Of a stretch of DNA of 64,000 bases, positions 12,324 to 24,340 are shown one piece after another. Position 1 is the stretch's first letter. Every line of letters starts with the position of its first letter. The notes beneath the pieces were generated by a model. The model saw only the letters and a program-made list of their open reading frames with translations, had not been told where the DNA came from and did not search any database. This DNA is from Octopus sinensis (lineage: Eukaryota), in NCBI RefSeq assembly GCF_006345805.1, contig NC_043020.1, positions 27,900,001-27,964,000 of the forward strand. Direction: 5' to 3'. Both the position numbers and the translations under genes were made by a program.

Positions 12324-12707
12324 TACAGGGTAAATGTTTTTTTAATTTTCTCCTGTTTACGGAATTAATCTTTATTTGCGGTAGAAGCTTTGGCTGTTAT
12401 TTCTAGTGGGTGAATGGCCTATTATGGCCGTTCCTTAATTGTTAATGTTGAACTTAAAAATGGTCTATGACTATTTAATTTTTTCCCACTGGGCCGCTGG
12501 TGGCAATAAAATTCTACAAAATTTTCCTTGCCACCCTATATTGATTAATTATGAATTTTTTGGTTAATTCCGTAATGGAATCGACGGCTGATATTTATTT
12601 GCTGCCGATAAATTTGGCGCGAGTGCGACGATTTGAAAATTTTAGGTCAGATATTGACTTGGCAAGATTGGGTATGCCTCGTGTAAATATCTGTTCCGAC
12701 TTGAGCT

Positions 12708-12812
12708 ATTTCTTGCTGAAGAATCCGAGGGCTTATGGAAGATTGGCTTGATTTATTTAATCAGGTTAGTTTACCATAAACAGCGGATGAAACGGTATAC
12801 CGTACAAGAAAT
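12708..12812 (+). ncRNA. Type I hammerhead ribozyme, intact copy
   Basis: Stem I 12708-12715 / 12805-12812, core CTGAAGA 12716-12722, predicted cut after A12804. Confidence 0.88.
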
Positions 12813-13032
12813 TACAGGGTAAATGTTTTTTTAATTTTCTCCTGTTTACGGAATTAATCTTTATTTGCGGTAGAGCTTTGGCTGTTATTTCTAGTGGGTG
12901 AATGGCCTATTATGGCCGTTCCTTAATTGTTAATGTTGAACTTAAAAATGGTCTATGACTATTTAATTTTTTCCCACTGGGCCGCTGGTGGCAATAAAAT
13001 TCTACAAAATTTTCCTTGCCACCCTATATTGA

Positions 13033-13135
<103 letters not shown>

Positions 13136-13165
13136 AATATATATATATATACATACATATATATA

Positions 13166-13319
13166 CAATGTCACCGTGAACCGACTGACATCGCCAACGA
13201 AAATATTAGGTTACGTTGTCGGAATACAAATCTTGATAATGTCAATCATCAAGGTTTGTATTCCGGCAAAGTAACCCAATATCTTCGTTGGCGATGTCAG
13301 TCGGTTCACGGCGACATTG
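13166..13319. mobile_element. 154-bp palindromic MITE with TA target duplication (Tc1/mariner-type signature)
   Basis: TA|CAATGTCACCGTGAACCGACTGACATCGCCAACGAA..TTCGTTGGCGATGTCAGTCGGTTCACGGCGACATTG|TA. ~72-bp arms with few mismatches. Confidence 0.7.
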
Positions 13320-13344
13320 TAAGCCAGATCGAGTTTTACTACAA

Positions 13345-13558
13345 ATACCTCGGTGTTGATTCGCTAGCCTCTGCACGCATTTTTTTTCTCTCCTTGTTTC
13401 TTTCTGTGTTTCTTTTCTGTGTATCTTTCTGTCGAAGAGCGTAGGCTTGAAACGTAAAAGACTTTTTCTATTTCTATTCCTGAGCGCTATACTAATACAT
13501 TTGTTTGTTTGTACTCCACCTGCCTTCGTCTTTTGCTTTTTTTCGTAAACCTTCCCGT

Positions 13559-13560
<2 letters not shown>
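13345..13560 (+). mobile_element. Solo PLE terminal-repeat-like element (same family as ~4245-4460) with hammerhead-like motif at 13424-13461
   Basis: Near-identical to the 3' end of the PLE at 2432-4465; ends in (TA)n. Minus-strand copies at ~25770-25945, ~35060-35245 and ~43880-44035. Confidence 0.75.
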
Positions 13561-13622
<62 letters not shown>

Positions 13623-13625
13623 TCG

Positions 13626-13725
<100 letters not shown>

Positions 13726-14370
13726 CAGTGATATATTCATTATTTAATTGAACGCGACGTATCTATTTCCGATTAAGTTTATTTTCACCTTTTTGATGCG
13801 ATTCTCTAAACTGTTTTCTTCTTCCGTCGTTCTCTAATTCCCTTTGTCTCTCCCTCTCTCCTTCACCATTTCTGTCACTCTCTCCTCCTGTTTCTCTTTT
13901 TCTTTCTCTCTCTCTCTCTCTCTCGTTGCTCACACGTGATCATCGTCCATCTTTCTTTTCATGCACGGACGGTTATTCTCTATTCTACCTTTTCTCTTTT
14001 CAAAAAATTCTTTCCCCCAGCTTTCACTATTTTCCTCTCCTTCTTGTCCAACGACGCTCCATGTTTGTTGTCGTTCAGTTTCCTTATCCTTTTCTTGTCA
14101 TTTTTTGTTTCCCAATTTTGACCCTCCATAAATCCTAAATTTTATTTTAGAACTTATGGGAGCAACTGCCTTTGGAGACTCATATTGTCTCATATTGTCG
14201 CTGAATGCTCGAAATGAGGAGTAGATAGACAGCCAACAACTGTGTTTACGCGTTCTGTTTTCCATTTTTTCTTGTTTACGTATTTCGCTCGTTTTCGCTT
14301 GTTTGTTTATGTACTTCATGTTATTTGCAACGTTTGTAACGTCCTGTACCCATATATATATATGTGTGTA

Positions 14371-14401
<31 letters not shown>

Positions 14402-14499
14402 ATGTATGTATGTATGCATGTATGTATGTATGTATGTATGTATGTATGTATGTATGTATGTATGTGTGTGTGTGTGTGTGTATGTATGTATATATATAT

Positions 14500-14670
14500 A
14501 TATATAAAGTTAATCCAAACAAGAAAGCACAAAAAAACACAACAACGCGAGGACATGGAACAAATAAAGTATTATTGGACGCTCAGGAAAGAAGGAGGGT
14601 TTAACGTTTGGAGCGGAGCTCTTCGTCGGAAACATAGGAGAAGGAAAGATCCAGAGAAGGGAAGACACAC
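14500..14670 (-). mobile_element. Short TA-associated element (second family, also ~26990-27215) with hammerhead-like motif
   Basis: Both copies share AAAGTTAATCCAAACAAGAAAGCAC..GGAAACATAG. The minus strand carries CCGACGAAGAGCTCCGCTC(G/C)AAACGTT. Confidence 0.65.
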
Positions 14671-14765
<95 letters not shown>

Positions 14766-14769
14766 TATA

Positions 14770-14804
<35 letters not shown>

Positions 14805-15706
14805 AAGGCGCATGGCTCAGTGGTTAGAGTGTCGATGTATGTATGTATGTATGTATGTATGTATGTATGTATGTAGAACGAGATACCACACCGCTGATAG
14901 TGTGTTTATGAATACACTCAGTGTGTGTATCCATGTGGTTGCGTGGGTGTGTGAGCGTGTGTTTGTGTGTGCTGGTGTGTGTATGTGTGTCTGTATGCGT
15001 ATGTGTGGTGCGCGTGTGTTTGTGTATTATATATTATAGGGAGTCACTTGGCAAGTACAAACTTGCGCACACATACAAACATGATATCTGCACTCACATA
15101 CAAGTACACACACACATCACACATAGCAACACCTACGCACATGTAAGACGAAGGTGCGCTTATTTGCACACGCGCAGCGCAGTTCCGTTCACACCCGCAA
15201 CGGTACACAATCGACAATGTCAACATCAACGTTCGTGTTCTCGGTCACCCAGTGACCTCGTTCCGGATGACAAGCAGCAGGGGGCGGAAGCGTGTAAGCC
15301 TCACCGAGTTTTGCAATAAATACATTGTGTGTACGCATGCGCACTGACTTCCTGGGTGCGTGACTGCGTAAATGGAAACACTGAAGCAGGCAGGTCGTCC
15401 GGTTCACTCTGCAACCACTTGGTTTCGGGTTCAGTCCCACTGGCCGACCAATGTTTTGTGAGTGAATCTTTTAGAAGGAAACTGTGTGGAATCTCGTTCT
15501 ACATACGTACATATATACATACATACATACAGACAAACATATATACATATATACATACATACAGACAGACAGACAGACAGACAAACATATATACATATAT
15601 ACATACAGACAAACATACATACATACAAACAGACACACAGACAGACAGACAGACAAACATACATACATACATACAGACAAACATACATACATACATACAT
15701 ACATAC

Positions 15707-15751
<45 letters not shown>

Positions 15752-16900
15752 TATATATATATAAAGTATATATACATGTATATATATAAAGTGTGAGCAA
15801 AGTGAATGCGCAGAGACTAGGTGAACAGTCTCCACATGCTATATAGTCAGACAGACAGACAGGTAGGTAGGTAGACTGACAGACAGCTAGATGGATGGAT
15901 ACCAGACTTTTAAAATAAAATATTCTGGGACTGACTTGTTTAACTAAACTCTTCAAGGGAGTACCCCAACATGGCTGTAGTCCAATGACTGAAACAGGTA
16001 AATTTGCGACAGGTAATAACAAAATAAATACAAAAACAATAAAAATCCGAATGATTAATATTATCAGGTTAAAGCTCAAAGTAAGAAGAGTGTAATAAAG
16101 TAAAAGTTATGGAGTCAAAGTATAACGCTTTGGATAGAGTTCCTTCGTCGGATAAGAGAAGAAAGACGGCGGAAGGGATGAAAAGATAAGAAAAGAGGAC
16201 CAGGGAATAATCGCACGGGGCGTAACTCACATGTATGACCTCTTACGCGTGCGTGCACACACACACACACACACACATACATACATACATACATACATAC
16301 ATACATACATACATACATACATACATACATACATACATACATACACAGTCTTATTAAGAAAGTGTCCTGAGAGTGGGGATAGACAGATTTTGTCCAAATG
16401 AATGTATATAGTTCTTGAGGAGACAATTCTTTAGAGAAAGCTTGCACTTTCTAATTGTAAAACTTTTCAATATCGATCATATTATTAACATATATTCAGA
16501 TTAATACATGAGTGAATTTCAAGTAATTATTGTTGTTGTTTTTTTAAGTACTTCTTTTTGTCCCAGCATGTATAGACAAAGGGAAGTGGAGGCAGGTCAC
16601 ACCTTTTAGTAGATGGATTCATAAACTTCTTTTCATTAGTTGAAACAAAAGAATCCCTTAGATGTATTGACTTGAGTGATTGGAACTGGTGTTAATCGTG
16701 ACTCTATTCGGGCTCCATCTCTGAACGCATGCCAGCGATATTTATTTTTTGAAAATATTTTAGAATTAAAAAAGAATAATAATTATAATCTGTTATAAAA
16801 TTCACCCGGAGGCTGGACTAAACAATGTTGTGGACCATAATTTTGATATTCCTGCGAGAGATTTATTTACTCTGACCTCCTGTTCAGACACAACCATTCC

Positions 16901-18370
16901 TTATCCTTTATTTTCTAGGTTCATTGGTTCTTCCTGACAACCGTCTTCTGCCGAATCTTCTTTGGAAATTGCCCAAGCCTGGACATCCCCTTTTGCCAAT
17001 ATTGCATACAGTATGGCTCCTAAAACAGAAAAAGCAGCACACATAAATAATACATGCTGCCATTCCCTTTGTGTGCCATTTGGTGCAATTGCCCTGGCCA
17101 CTAAAGGTGCAAATAAGCCAGGTAATGAAGCGAATGTATTGCTAATTCCGAATAACACACCAGCATATCTTGGCGCCACGTCAATATGGTTGACGTTAAA
17201 ACCAGACATGTGTAATGATATGCTTGCACCAGACAAAAGGAAAAGAGCGCCAGTTAGAGTGGTTTGGGAACATTCTAGAAACCCTATGGCAATAAGTAAA
17301 GAAGCTAAACAAATGAAACATAGTGACTGAATTAAAACACGAAAGGAGCGTTTGGACATATAATTCTTTGAAATAAACCAATCTGCAAATCTTCCAATTA
17401 ATGGTAGACAGATAATTTGTCCAATAGATGGAGCAGACGACATTAAACCGTTTGATTTGGTGTCGATATTCAGAGCTTCTTTCATATAGAGAGGTAGCAA
17501 TAACTGAAAGCTGATGTCAGTCCAATTTAAACATGTGTGAGCTATGATGAGAGCCCAGACAGCAGACGAAAGCATAATTTGTTTCCAAGGTATACTTTTG
17601 ACTTTTTTTGTAGATGTTATATTTCGCTTTAAGTAAGAACGTTCTCTTTGGCTGATGGTGGGATGGGTGTCCGGGTTGTCGTGAACAACATAGAACCAAA
17701 CAAGACTAAACAGCAGTGTTGCTCCACCAAATACATAAAATATCGAACCCCATCCGTTGTCAAATCCATACGCACAAAGGTAACCCGAAATTAACAAACC
17801 TAAGATACTACCTAACATCTGACCGCAAAACGTGACTCCGAGTAATATACTACTCTCCAGTGGAGGAGCCCACCTTCCCCACAAGGAGAGAACTGAAGGG
17901 AACATCGGTCCCGATACCAGCCCTGTTAATATCCTTAATGCAACTGTGAAGTAAGCACTTATACGAGTCAGACTCGGATGAAGAATGGCAAATATAGCTG
18001 ATGAGAGAAGAGTGCCACCTAAAACCGTCTTACCGCCATATTTGTCAGCGAAAACTCCTCCGAACATAGTTGAGGCTATGTAGCCATAATAATAGCCTGA
18101 CAACATGTTTGATTGTAAAACATTACTCCATTCGAACTCTCCTTCAAAATTGTTGTTTAACGAATGGTTTTGTAAGCGGTGACATTGTTCGTTCTCTCGA
18201 GTAAAGTTGGCGCCATCTGTCGTACGATTGGGTGTTTTTAACATACAAACAAACGCCATGCTTAGATCGATCCTTAACGCCTGCAACAGAAGCAGGGCTG
18301 TAAAACACATGTAGCATAACCTCCATCTACATGAGCAATAATGAGAAATGCACCGAGTAAACATCGACAT
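16901..18370 (-). CDS. SLC17-family (sialin / VGLUT-like) MFS anion transporter, 489 aa, CDS uninterrupted
   Basis: Motifs ALRIDLSMAFVCM, GEFEWS, YYYGY..GGVFADKYGGK, WGRWAPPLE, SIPWKQIMLSSAVWALIIAH, VNHIDVAPRYAGVLFGISNT. The ORF-track start at 18415 is a TTG; first in-frame ATG is 18370 and an in-frame TGA lies at 18421-18419. Stop TAA 16903-16901. Confidence 0.93.
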   Translation of the reverse strand: MSMFTRCISHYCSCRWRLCYMCFTALLLLQALRIDLSMAFVCMLKTPNRTTDGANFTRENEQCHRLQNHSLNNNFEGEFEWSNVLQSNMLSGYYYGYIASTMFGGVFADKYGGKTVLGGTLLSSAIFAILHPSLTRISAYFTVALRILTGLVSGPMFPSVLSLWGRWAPPLESSILLGVTFCGQMLGSILGLLISGYLCAYGFDNGWGSIFYVFGGATLLFSLVWFYVVHDNPDTHPTISQRERSYLKRNITSTKKVKSIPWKQIMLSSAVWALIIAHTCLNWTDISFQLLLPLYMKEALNIDTKSNGLMSSAPSIGQIICLPLIGRFADWFISKNYMSKRSFRVLIQSLCFICLASLLIAIGFLECSQTTLTGALFLLSGASISLHMSGFNVNHIDVAPRYAGVLFGISNTFASLPGLFAPLVARAIAPNGTQREWQHVLFMCAAFSVLGAILYAILAKGDVQAWAISKEDSAEDGCQEEPMNLENKG

Positions 18371-19599
18371 TTTGTTTTCTTCGTTCGCTCTCCTGTCTTT
18401 CTTAAATTGATACAATAATCATCCAATGCAAATAATTGTCCCGAAAAGTAGATCCAAAAATCTTTTGTTTCGCTTTCTTTTGATCCTTGCAGAATAGGAA
18501 TCCAAAATATATTCTAATTTTCAATTAGTTTCCATTCAGTACGATGCCTCACTTTTTTGCGACATTTTTTTATGTAAGTGACTTGCAGATTAAATGGATT
18601 CGAGAGTATACTTCTGCAATGCGATTTGAATGTCTTCCTGGAACTACGATCAAGGTGTAATTGAACTGGTTTTAATTCTTCGCGAAAAGTACCTCTGACA
18701 TATCCGGATGTATATTTGGTTATGACAACGCTTTATTGGTAACCTGGTAAAATAAAAAATATATATAAGCTCAATGCAAATCTATAGATTAATACAGTAT
18801 TGCCTACCCACCTACCTACATATTTGCTTTTTGTGTCACACTCCAAAATATGGAACGAAATTAAAGACATAAAAACGTACATCATTTGTAAGACGTTTGA
18901 CTAATAAACTAAGGAACGACATCGAAGACATAATCTATCGGGGATACAACGTTTAGATTATATAAGGGACTCTAGGACGGCCAGCTGGAAGAATCGTTAA
19001 CACGTCGGGTCAAATTCTTAGCGGTATTTCTTCCAGATCTTTACGCTCTGAGTTCAAATACCGCCGAGATCAACTTTGCTTTTCATCCTTTCGAGGTCGA
19101 TAAAATAAAGTATCAGTCGAGTATTGAGATCGATCTAATCGACTTGCTGCCGCCCTTCAAAATAACTGGCTTTCTGACAAAATTAGGAATAATTATTTGG
19201 TATTTGTAAAACTGATAAATAGATATTCTAAATTAAGTATAGTGTATAGTGTATGAGGTAAAATCTATAATGAACTTCTCCACTACACTCGACAAAACAG
19301 TAAGGAACGACTATGGATTTTTTTCTATTATACTCTTTATAATATATTTGATAAAGTTCGCCTTTTTAAGAACATGGATTCTATTGAATGTATGTAACAA
19401 TTATGAACTGTTCCATTATACTGTTTATTATAAATTTTTTTTGATAAGGTTCGTTATTTCAAGAACCGAAACATGTAAAATTAAAATTTATCTAATATAG
19501 TGGCGTTTTCAAACTTCTTTTTTACAAATATATATGTGTGTATATATATATATATGCATGTGTACGTGTGTGTGTGTGTCTGTATTAATGTATGTTAAA

Positions 19600-19940
19600 C
19601 CCCAAACTTTATTGACCAAACCAGGCCTTCAGTCACAAAGGGTCACTTTAATCACAAAGTCTTTTGAGGGCCGCCAACATACTGACAGAATTGAAAGTGT
19701 TTCGCTTTCTCGTGTAGTTATTCCAATAACGAATGAATGATTGTTGATTCAACAGGAAATATTATCGTTGCAAAAACAGTAGCATATTTCTTTTTTACTT
19801 TTCATTACAATCTTTAAGTTTTGATAAAAAATTTTAAATGTTTGTTTAAATAAACCCATTTCAAGAAAGTATCAAGCGGGCCGCAAGAAAAGTCTGTAGG
19901 CGGCATGCGACCCGTGGGCCTCAGGTTGGCCAGCCCTGGA
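19600..19940. mobile_element. Probable non-autonomous hAT-like DNA transposon remnant
   Basis: Right end GCGGCATGCGACCCGTGGGCCTCAGGTTGGCCAGCCCTG resembles CAGGG-type hAT termini; left terminus not found. Confidence 0.35.
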
Positions 19941-20128
19941 CTAAACTAATTTACATTGAAAGAAGGCCTAAACCGAGATATTTTTTTTCAAAATTATCTG
20001 TAGAACCATAACCCAAGCTACATTATGCAACGACCCCCACCACCCAATTTTAAACACGGATGGGTATGGTTTGAGAGATATTTACTCGCTACTTCTAAAC
20101 AAGGCGAACGACCATGGGTTCGAATAAA

Positions 20129-20520
20129 TCTATATATATAAAGCTGAAGTTGTCTGTGTATGGCAGGTTTAGTAGCCTCAACTAACACTATCTCCTGCGA
20201 GACCCTGCGGTGCAAGTTGACCAAAATTGAGAGGATGATAGAAGAAGGCTTGCTCTTCCTTCCGTAGAAGAAAAAATTCAAATCGGACCATGTTAACACC
20301 AAAAATTATTTACATCAAAAAGGTGCTTTTTTTTTCTATGAAAATCCCGATTCTTTTACGATTTTTTGACTGCTGTGTCGCCAATTTTCGGTGTATTTCA
20401 ACCAGAAAAATGTTCACTTAAAGAGAATAACAAGCTACATAAGGCAAAATTTTTACTTTTTAAAACTTCCAATTCTAAAGGGTCGAAACAAACCCGAGCA
20501 ATGCCGGGCGATACTGCTAG
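20129..20520 (+). mobile_element. Non-autonomous Helitron
   Basis: 5' A|TCTATATATATAAAG; 3' hairpin CCCGAGCAATGCCGGG then CTAG. Second copy inverted at 55846-56234. Confidence 0.8.
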
Positions 20521-20837
20521 CATAGATATAAAGCTATAACAAAAACATTACCCAAGTTGACGCTCAGTCAATTTAACGAAGAATTCATCAGAAGAGAAGT
20601 GTTTTAAAATAGTTCTTTTCAACGAAAAGCTCAACGAAATCATATACATACCGTGTGATGAACAATGAACATGCTGCTACCAGTTTTGCAAAACTACTAA
20701 ATTGGGTTGCTTACGGTGTATATATTATATATTACATAAATGAATGTATACCTTTGTTACTGTAATTGTGTAACACCTTTCAATGAATCTAGGACGATCC
20801 ATACAATTAGCGAGTCACCTGTTGATTTGCCGCCGTC

Positions 20838-20873
<36 letters not shown>

Positions 20874-20887
20874 ATCTCTCTATCTCT

Positions 20888-20932
<45 letters not shown>

Positions 20933-21588
20933 AAAAAATGAAGTTCGAAAATGCTGCTGTATTATACAATTTTTAATTTTTATATATACATTATAACATG
21001 TTTCAGTTCCTGAAATGAACCTTATCAAAAAAAGTTATATATAAAAAGAGACAGCTCATGCCGTCAAACACAAGAAATTCATTTATAATACACAACAGAG
21101 TCAGACATCTTAGAGTTCATGTATAGTTGATATATAGTTTGAAGTATATGTTCAAAGTGTTCGATGCAGTGGCCCACAGTGGCGATACGTATTCAATACA
21201 AAAAACAGATCAAAGTGGTGGAAAGCGGTCAATACAGAAGATTGATGTTTCCGAAAGAGCGAGGAATTCATTTTTACCTTAAGCAATTGTGATGACCCAT
21301 GGTGGATGTTCGCTGGGTGGTTCTAGTGGGTTTTGTGAAGTGCTCGGTTTTATAATGCCTGTTAGGTGGTCAATCCAGCGTAGCGTGACGTCATCAACGT
21401 TTTCACCAATCGTTTCGTTAGGTGGCTTTAGTCAAGCAGAACGGGACGTCATCATTATTTTGACCAATCGCTGCATTATAACTGCATTATAACTATATAT
21501 ATATATATATACACATATATATATATATACATATACATATATACTTATATATTGATATACATATATATATACACACACACATATACAT

Positions 21589-21620
<32 letters not shown>

Positions 21621-22024
21621 GCATATACATCCTTTCGGGGTAGATAAATTAAGTACCAGTAACGCACTGGGGTCGATGTAATCGACTTAATGTCCTTGTT
21701 TGTCCCCTCTATGTTTAGCCCCTTGTGGGCAATAAAGAAATAAGAATCGTTACCGTGCCAGATAAAATTCTTAGCGGCATTTCATCTGTCTCTGTACATT
21801 TTGAGTTCAAATTTCGCCGTGGTCGACTTAGCTTTTCACCCTTTCGGAGTCGATTAAATTAGTACCAGTCACATACTGGGGGTCTTCGTAATCGTCCAAC
21901 CCTCCCTACACCCCTCCCGGACTTGCTGGCTTTGTGCCAAAATTTGAAACCAAACCATTATTATTCATCATTATTTACATTATTTACATTTGATGGATAT
22001 TTGTCCTCATCTTGTTTGTTGTTA

Positions 22025-22068
22025 ACACAACGTTTCGGCTGCTATACCCTCCAGCCTTCATCAGGTGT
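22025..22068 (-). ncRNA. Minimal type I hammerhead with canonical core, in a short dispersed repeat (~21955-22120)
   Basis: ACAC-CTGATGA-A-GGCTG gagggtatag CAGCC-GAAA-CGT-T/GTGT. Loopless palindromic stem III (ACGT). Confidence 0.7.
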
Positions 22069-22138
22069 CTTGGGGAAATTTCGAACTTGGGTTCTCATTC
22101 CTAATGTATTTTTCGATGTTATTATTATTATTATTATT

Positions 22139-22171
<33 letters not shown>

Positions 22172-22201
22172 AGTATTATTGTTGTTGTTGTTATTATTAT
22201 T

Positions 22202-22237
<36 letters not shown>

Positions 22238-23138
22238 ATTATTATTATTATTCAAGTGACTACCTGGAATCGAACTTGGAATCTTGGAGTCTTTTCCATT
22301 GTTATCTATATAGTTGTTTCCATTGATAATCGGATAACAAAATACTCTTAAGAGGTAAAGGCATCTCCTCCTACTTCATCTCTCTCTCCATCTTCGATTT
22401 CTCCACTTCCTTTTTCTATTTCTTTTACGGACTATCGTCAGCCTCTAACTCAATAACACAAACACACACACACACACACTCTCTCTCTCACACACACTCT
22501 CTCCCTCTCATTCTCTCTTTCTCTCTCTCCATATCATTCTCTCTCTCTATATTATATATATCATTCTCTCTCTCTCTCTCTCTCTCCCTGCTTGCTCTCT
22601 ATTCTTTCCTCTCTTCTCATTTCCATTCTTTTACTCCCCTCTCTTCCTATTCAATGTCTCACGCACATTCCGACATATTGCTTCCACGTTCTGTCTAACG
22701 CTCTCTTTGTTCCTTGATAGACACACAGGCAGGCAGGCAGGCAGATAGACAGACAAACAAATAGACACACAGGCAGACAAACAAATAGACAGACAGACAG
22801 ACAGATAGACAGACAGACAGACAGATAGATAAACAGACATAGACATGGACAAATAGACAGATAGACAGACAGACAGATATATAGACAAATAGAGACAGAT
22901 AGATAGATAGACAGCTAGATAGACAAATAAACAGATAGACGGACAAATAGACAGAGATAGACGGATAGATAGATAGACAAATGGACAGACAGATAGACAA
23001 ATGGACGGGCAGATAGACAGATAGACATGTTTATATATTTATATACATGCATGTATATATAAACACACACACACACACACACGTACATACATACTTATAT
23101 GTATCTATCTCACCCTTTTTCCGAATATTTCTTTTACT

Positions 23139-23207
<69 letters not shown>

Positions 23208-23264
23208 TCTCCTCCCACCTCGCCCCTCTCCTCTATCCTTCCATGTGTCTGGTAAGTCACATAA

Positions 23265-23323
<59 letters not shown>

Positions 23324-23479
23324 CCGACATTTTCTCCTCTACGTCATTCCCTCCCCAGCCCACCTCTGTCCACACCTGTCCACCACACCCGTCCCGCCCT
23401 GCACGTGCGTAGCAAGTCACGTGCATCTTGCTCCGAACCAAATCTTTCCGGTACATCTGAACTCTCTGGACACGAGACG

Positions 23480-23515
23480 AAGAACCTAAGACCATCTCTT
23501 TCGTTCCGTCTCTCT

Positions 23516-23562
<47 letters not shown>

Positions 23563-24340
23563 CGTCTTTCACTCCATCTCTTTCCCGTTAGACTTTCAAT
23601 TTCTCCTTCTCTCTTTCTCTTTCTCTCTGTCTTTCCTCTCTCCTCAATACCTTTCTCACCCCTTCCTTCTTTCCTCTCTCTCTCTCTCTCTCTCTCTCCC
23701 TTCGCCCCACCTGAAAGCCTTTCATCTTCCCTCTACCACCTCCCTCTCTCTCTCACACATTTCACCTCTGTTCCACCCTACTCCTCCCCTCTCTCTCCTT
23801 AATCTCTTCCTTCCTCCATAACACCTCTCTACCTATCTCTCTCTCTATCTATCTATCTCCCTTCACCTCTCCTGAAAACCTTTCCTCTTTCCTCTACCAC
23901 CTCCTTCTCTTTCTCTCACACATTTTACCTCTCTTCCACCCTACCCCTCTCTATCTCTATCTCTATCTATCTATTTCCCTTCACAACCTCCCTCTCTCTC
24001 ACACACATTTTACCTCTCTTCCACCTTACCCCTCTCTATCTATCTACCTATCTATCTATCTCCCTTCACCTCTCCTGAAAACCTTTCCTCTTCCCTCTAC
24101 CACCTCTCTCTCTTTCTCTCACACATTTTACCTCTCTTCCACCCTACCCCTCTCTATCTCTCTCTCTGTCTATCTATTTCCCTTCACCACCTCCCTCTCT
24201 TTCTCTCATTTTACCTCTCTTCCACCTTACCCCTCTCTTTCTCTCTATCTATCAACCTCCCTCTTTTCACCTCACCTCTTTCCCTCCCTATATACCTCTA
24301 TTCACCCACTCCTCCTATTCCTCTTCTTCTCTCTCAGCCT
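23480..24340 (+). repeat. Long polypyrimidine tract with ~120-bp degenerate tandem units
   Basis: (CT)n plus repeated CACATTTTACCTCTCTTCCACC(C/T)TACCCCTCTCTATC and TCTCCTGAAAACCTTTCCTC. Confidence 0.8.

Noticed and set aside
16121-16155. CCGACGAAGGA..TCC-AAAG-CGTT motif on minus
   Set aside because: Probably a decayed hammerhead relative, but GAAA is lost and stem I is weak; not counted.
18371-18415. ORF-track N-terminal extension MYQFKK.. of SLC17
   Set aside because: Starts at TTG just after an in-frame stop; first ATG is 18370.
22061-22351. Poly-Asn / poly-Leu / poly-Val ORFs
   Set aside because: (TTA)n/(TTG)n microsatellite.
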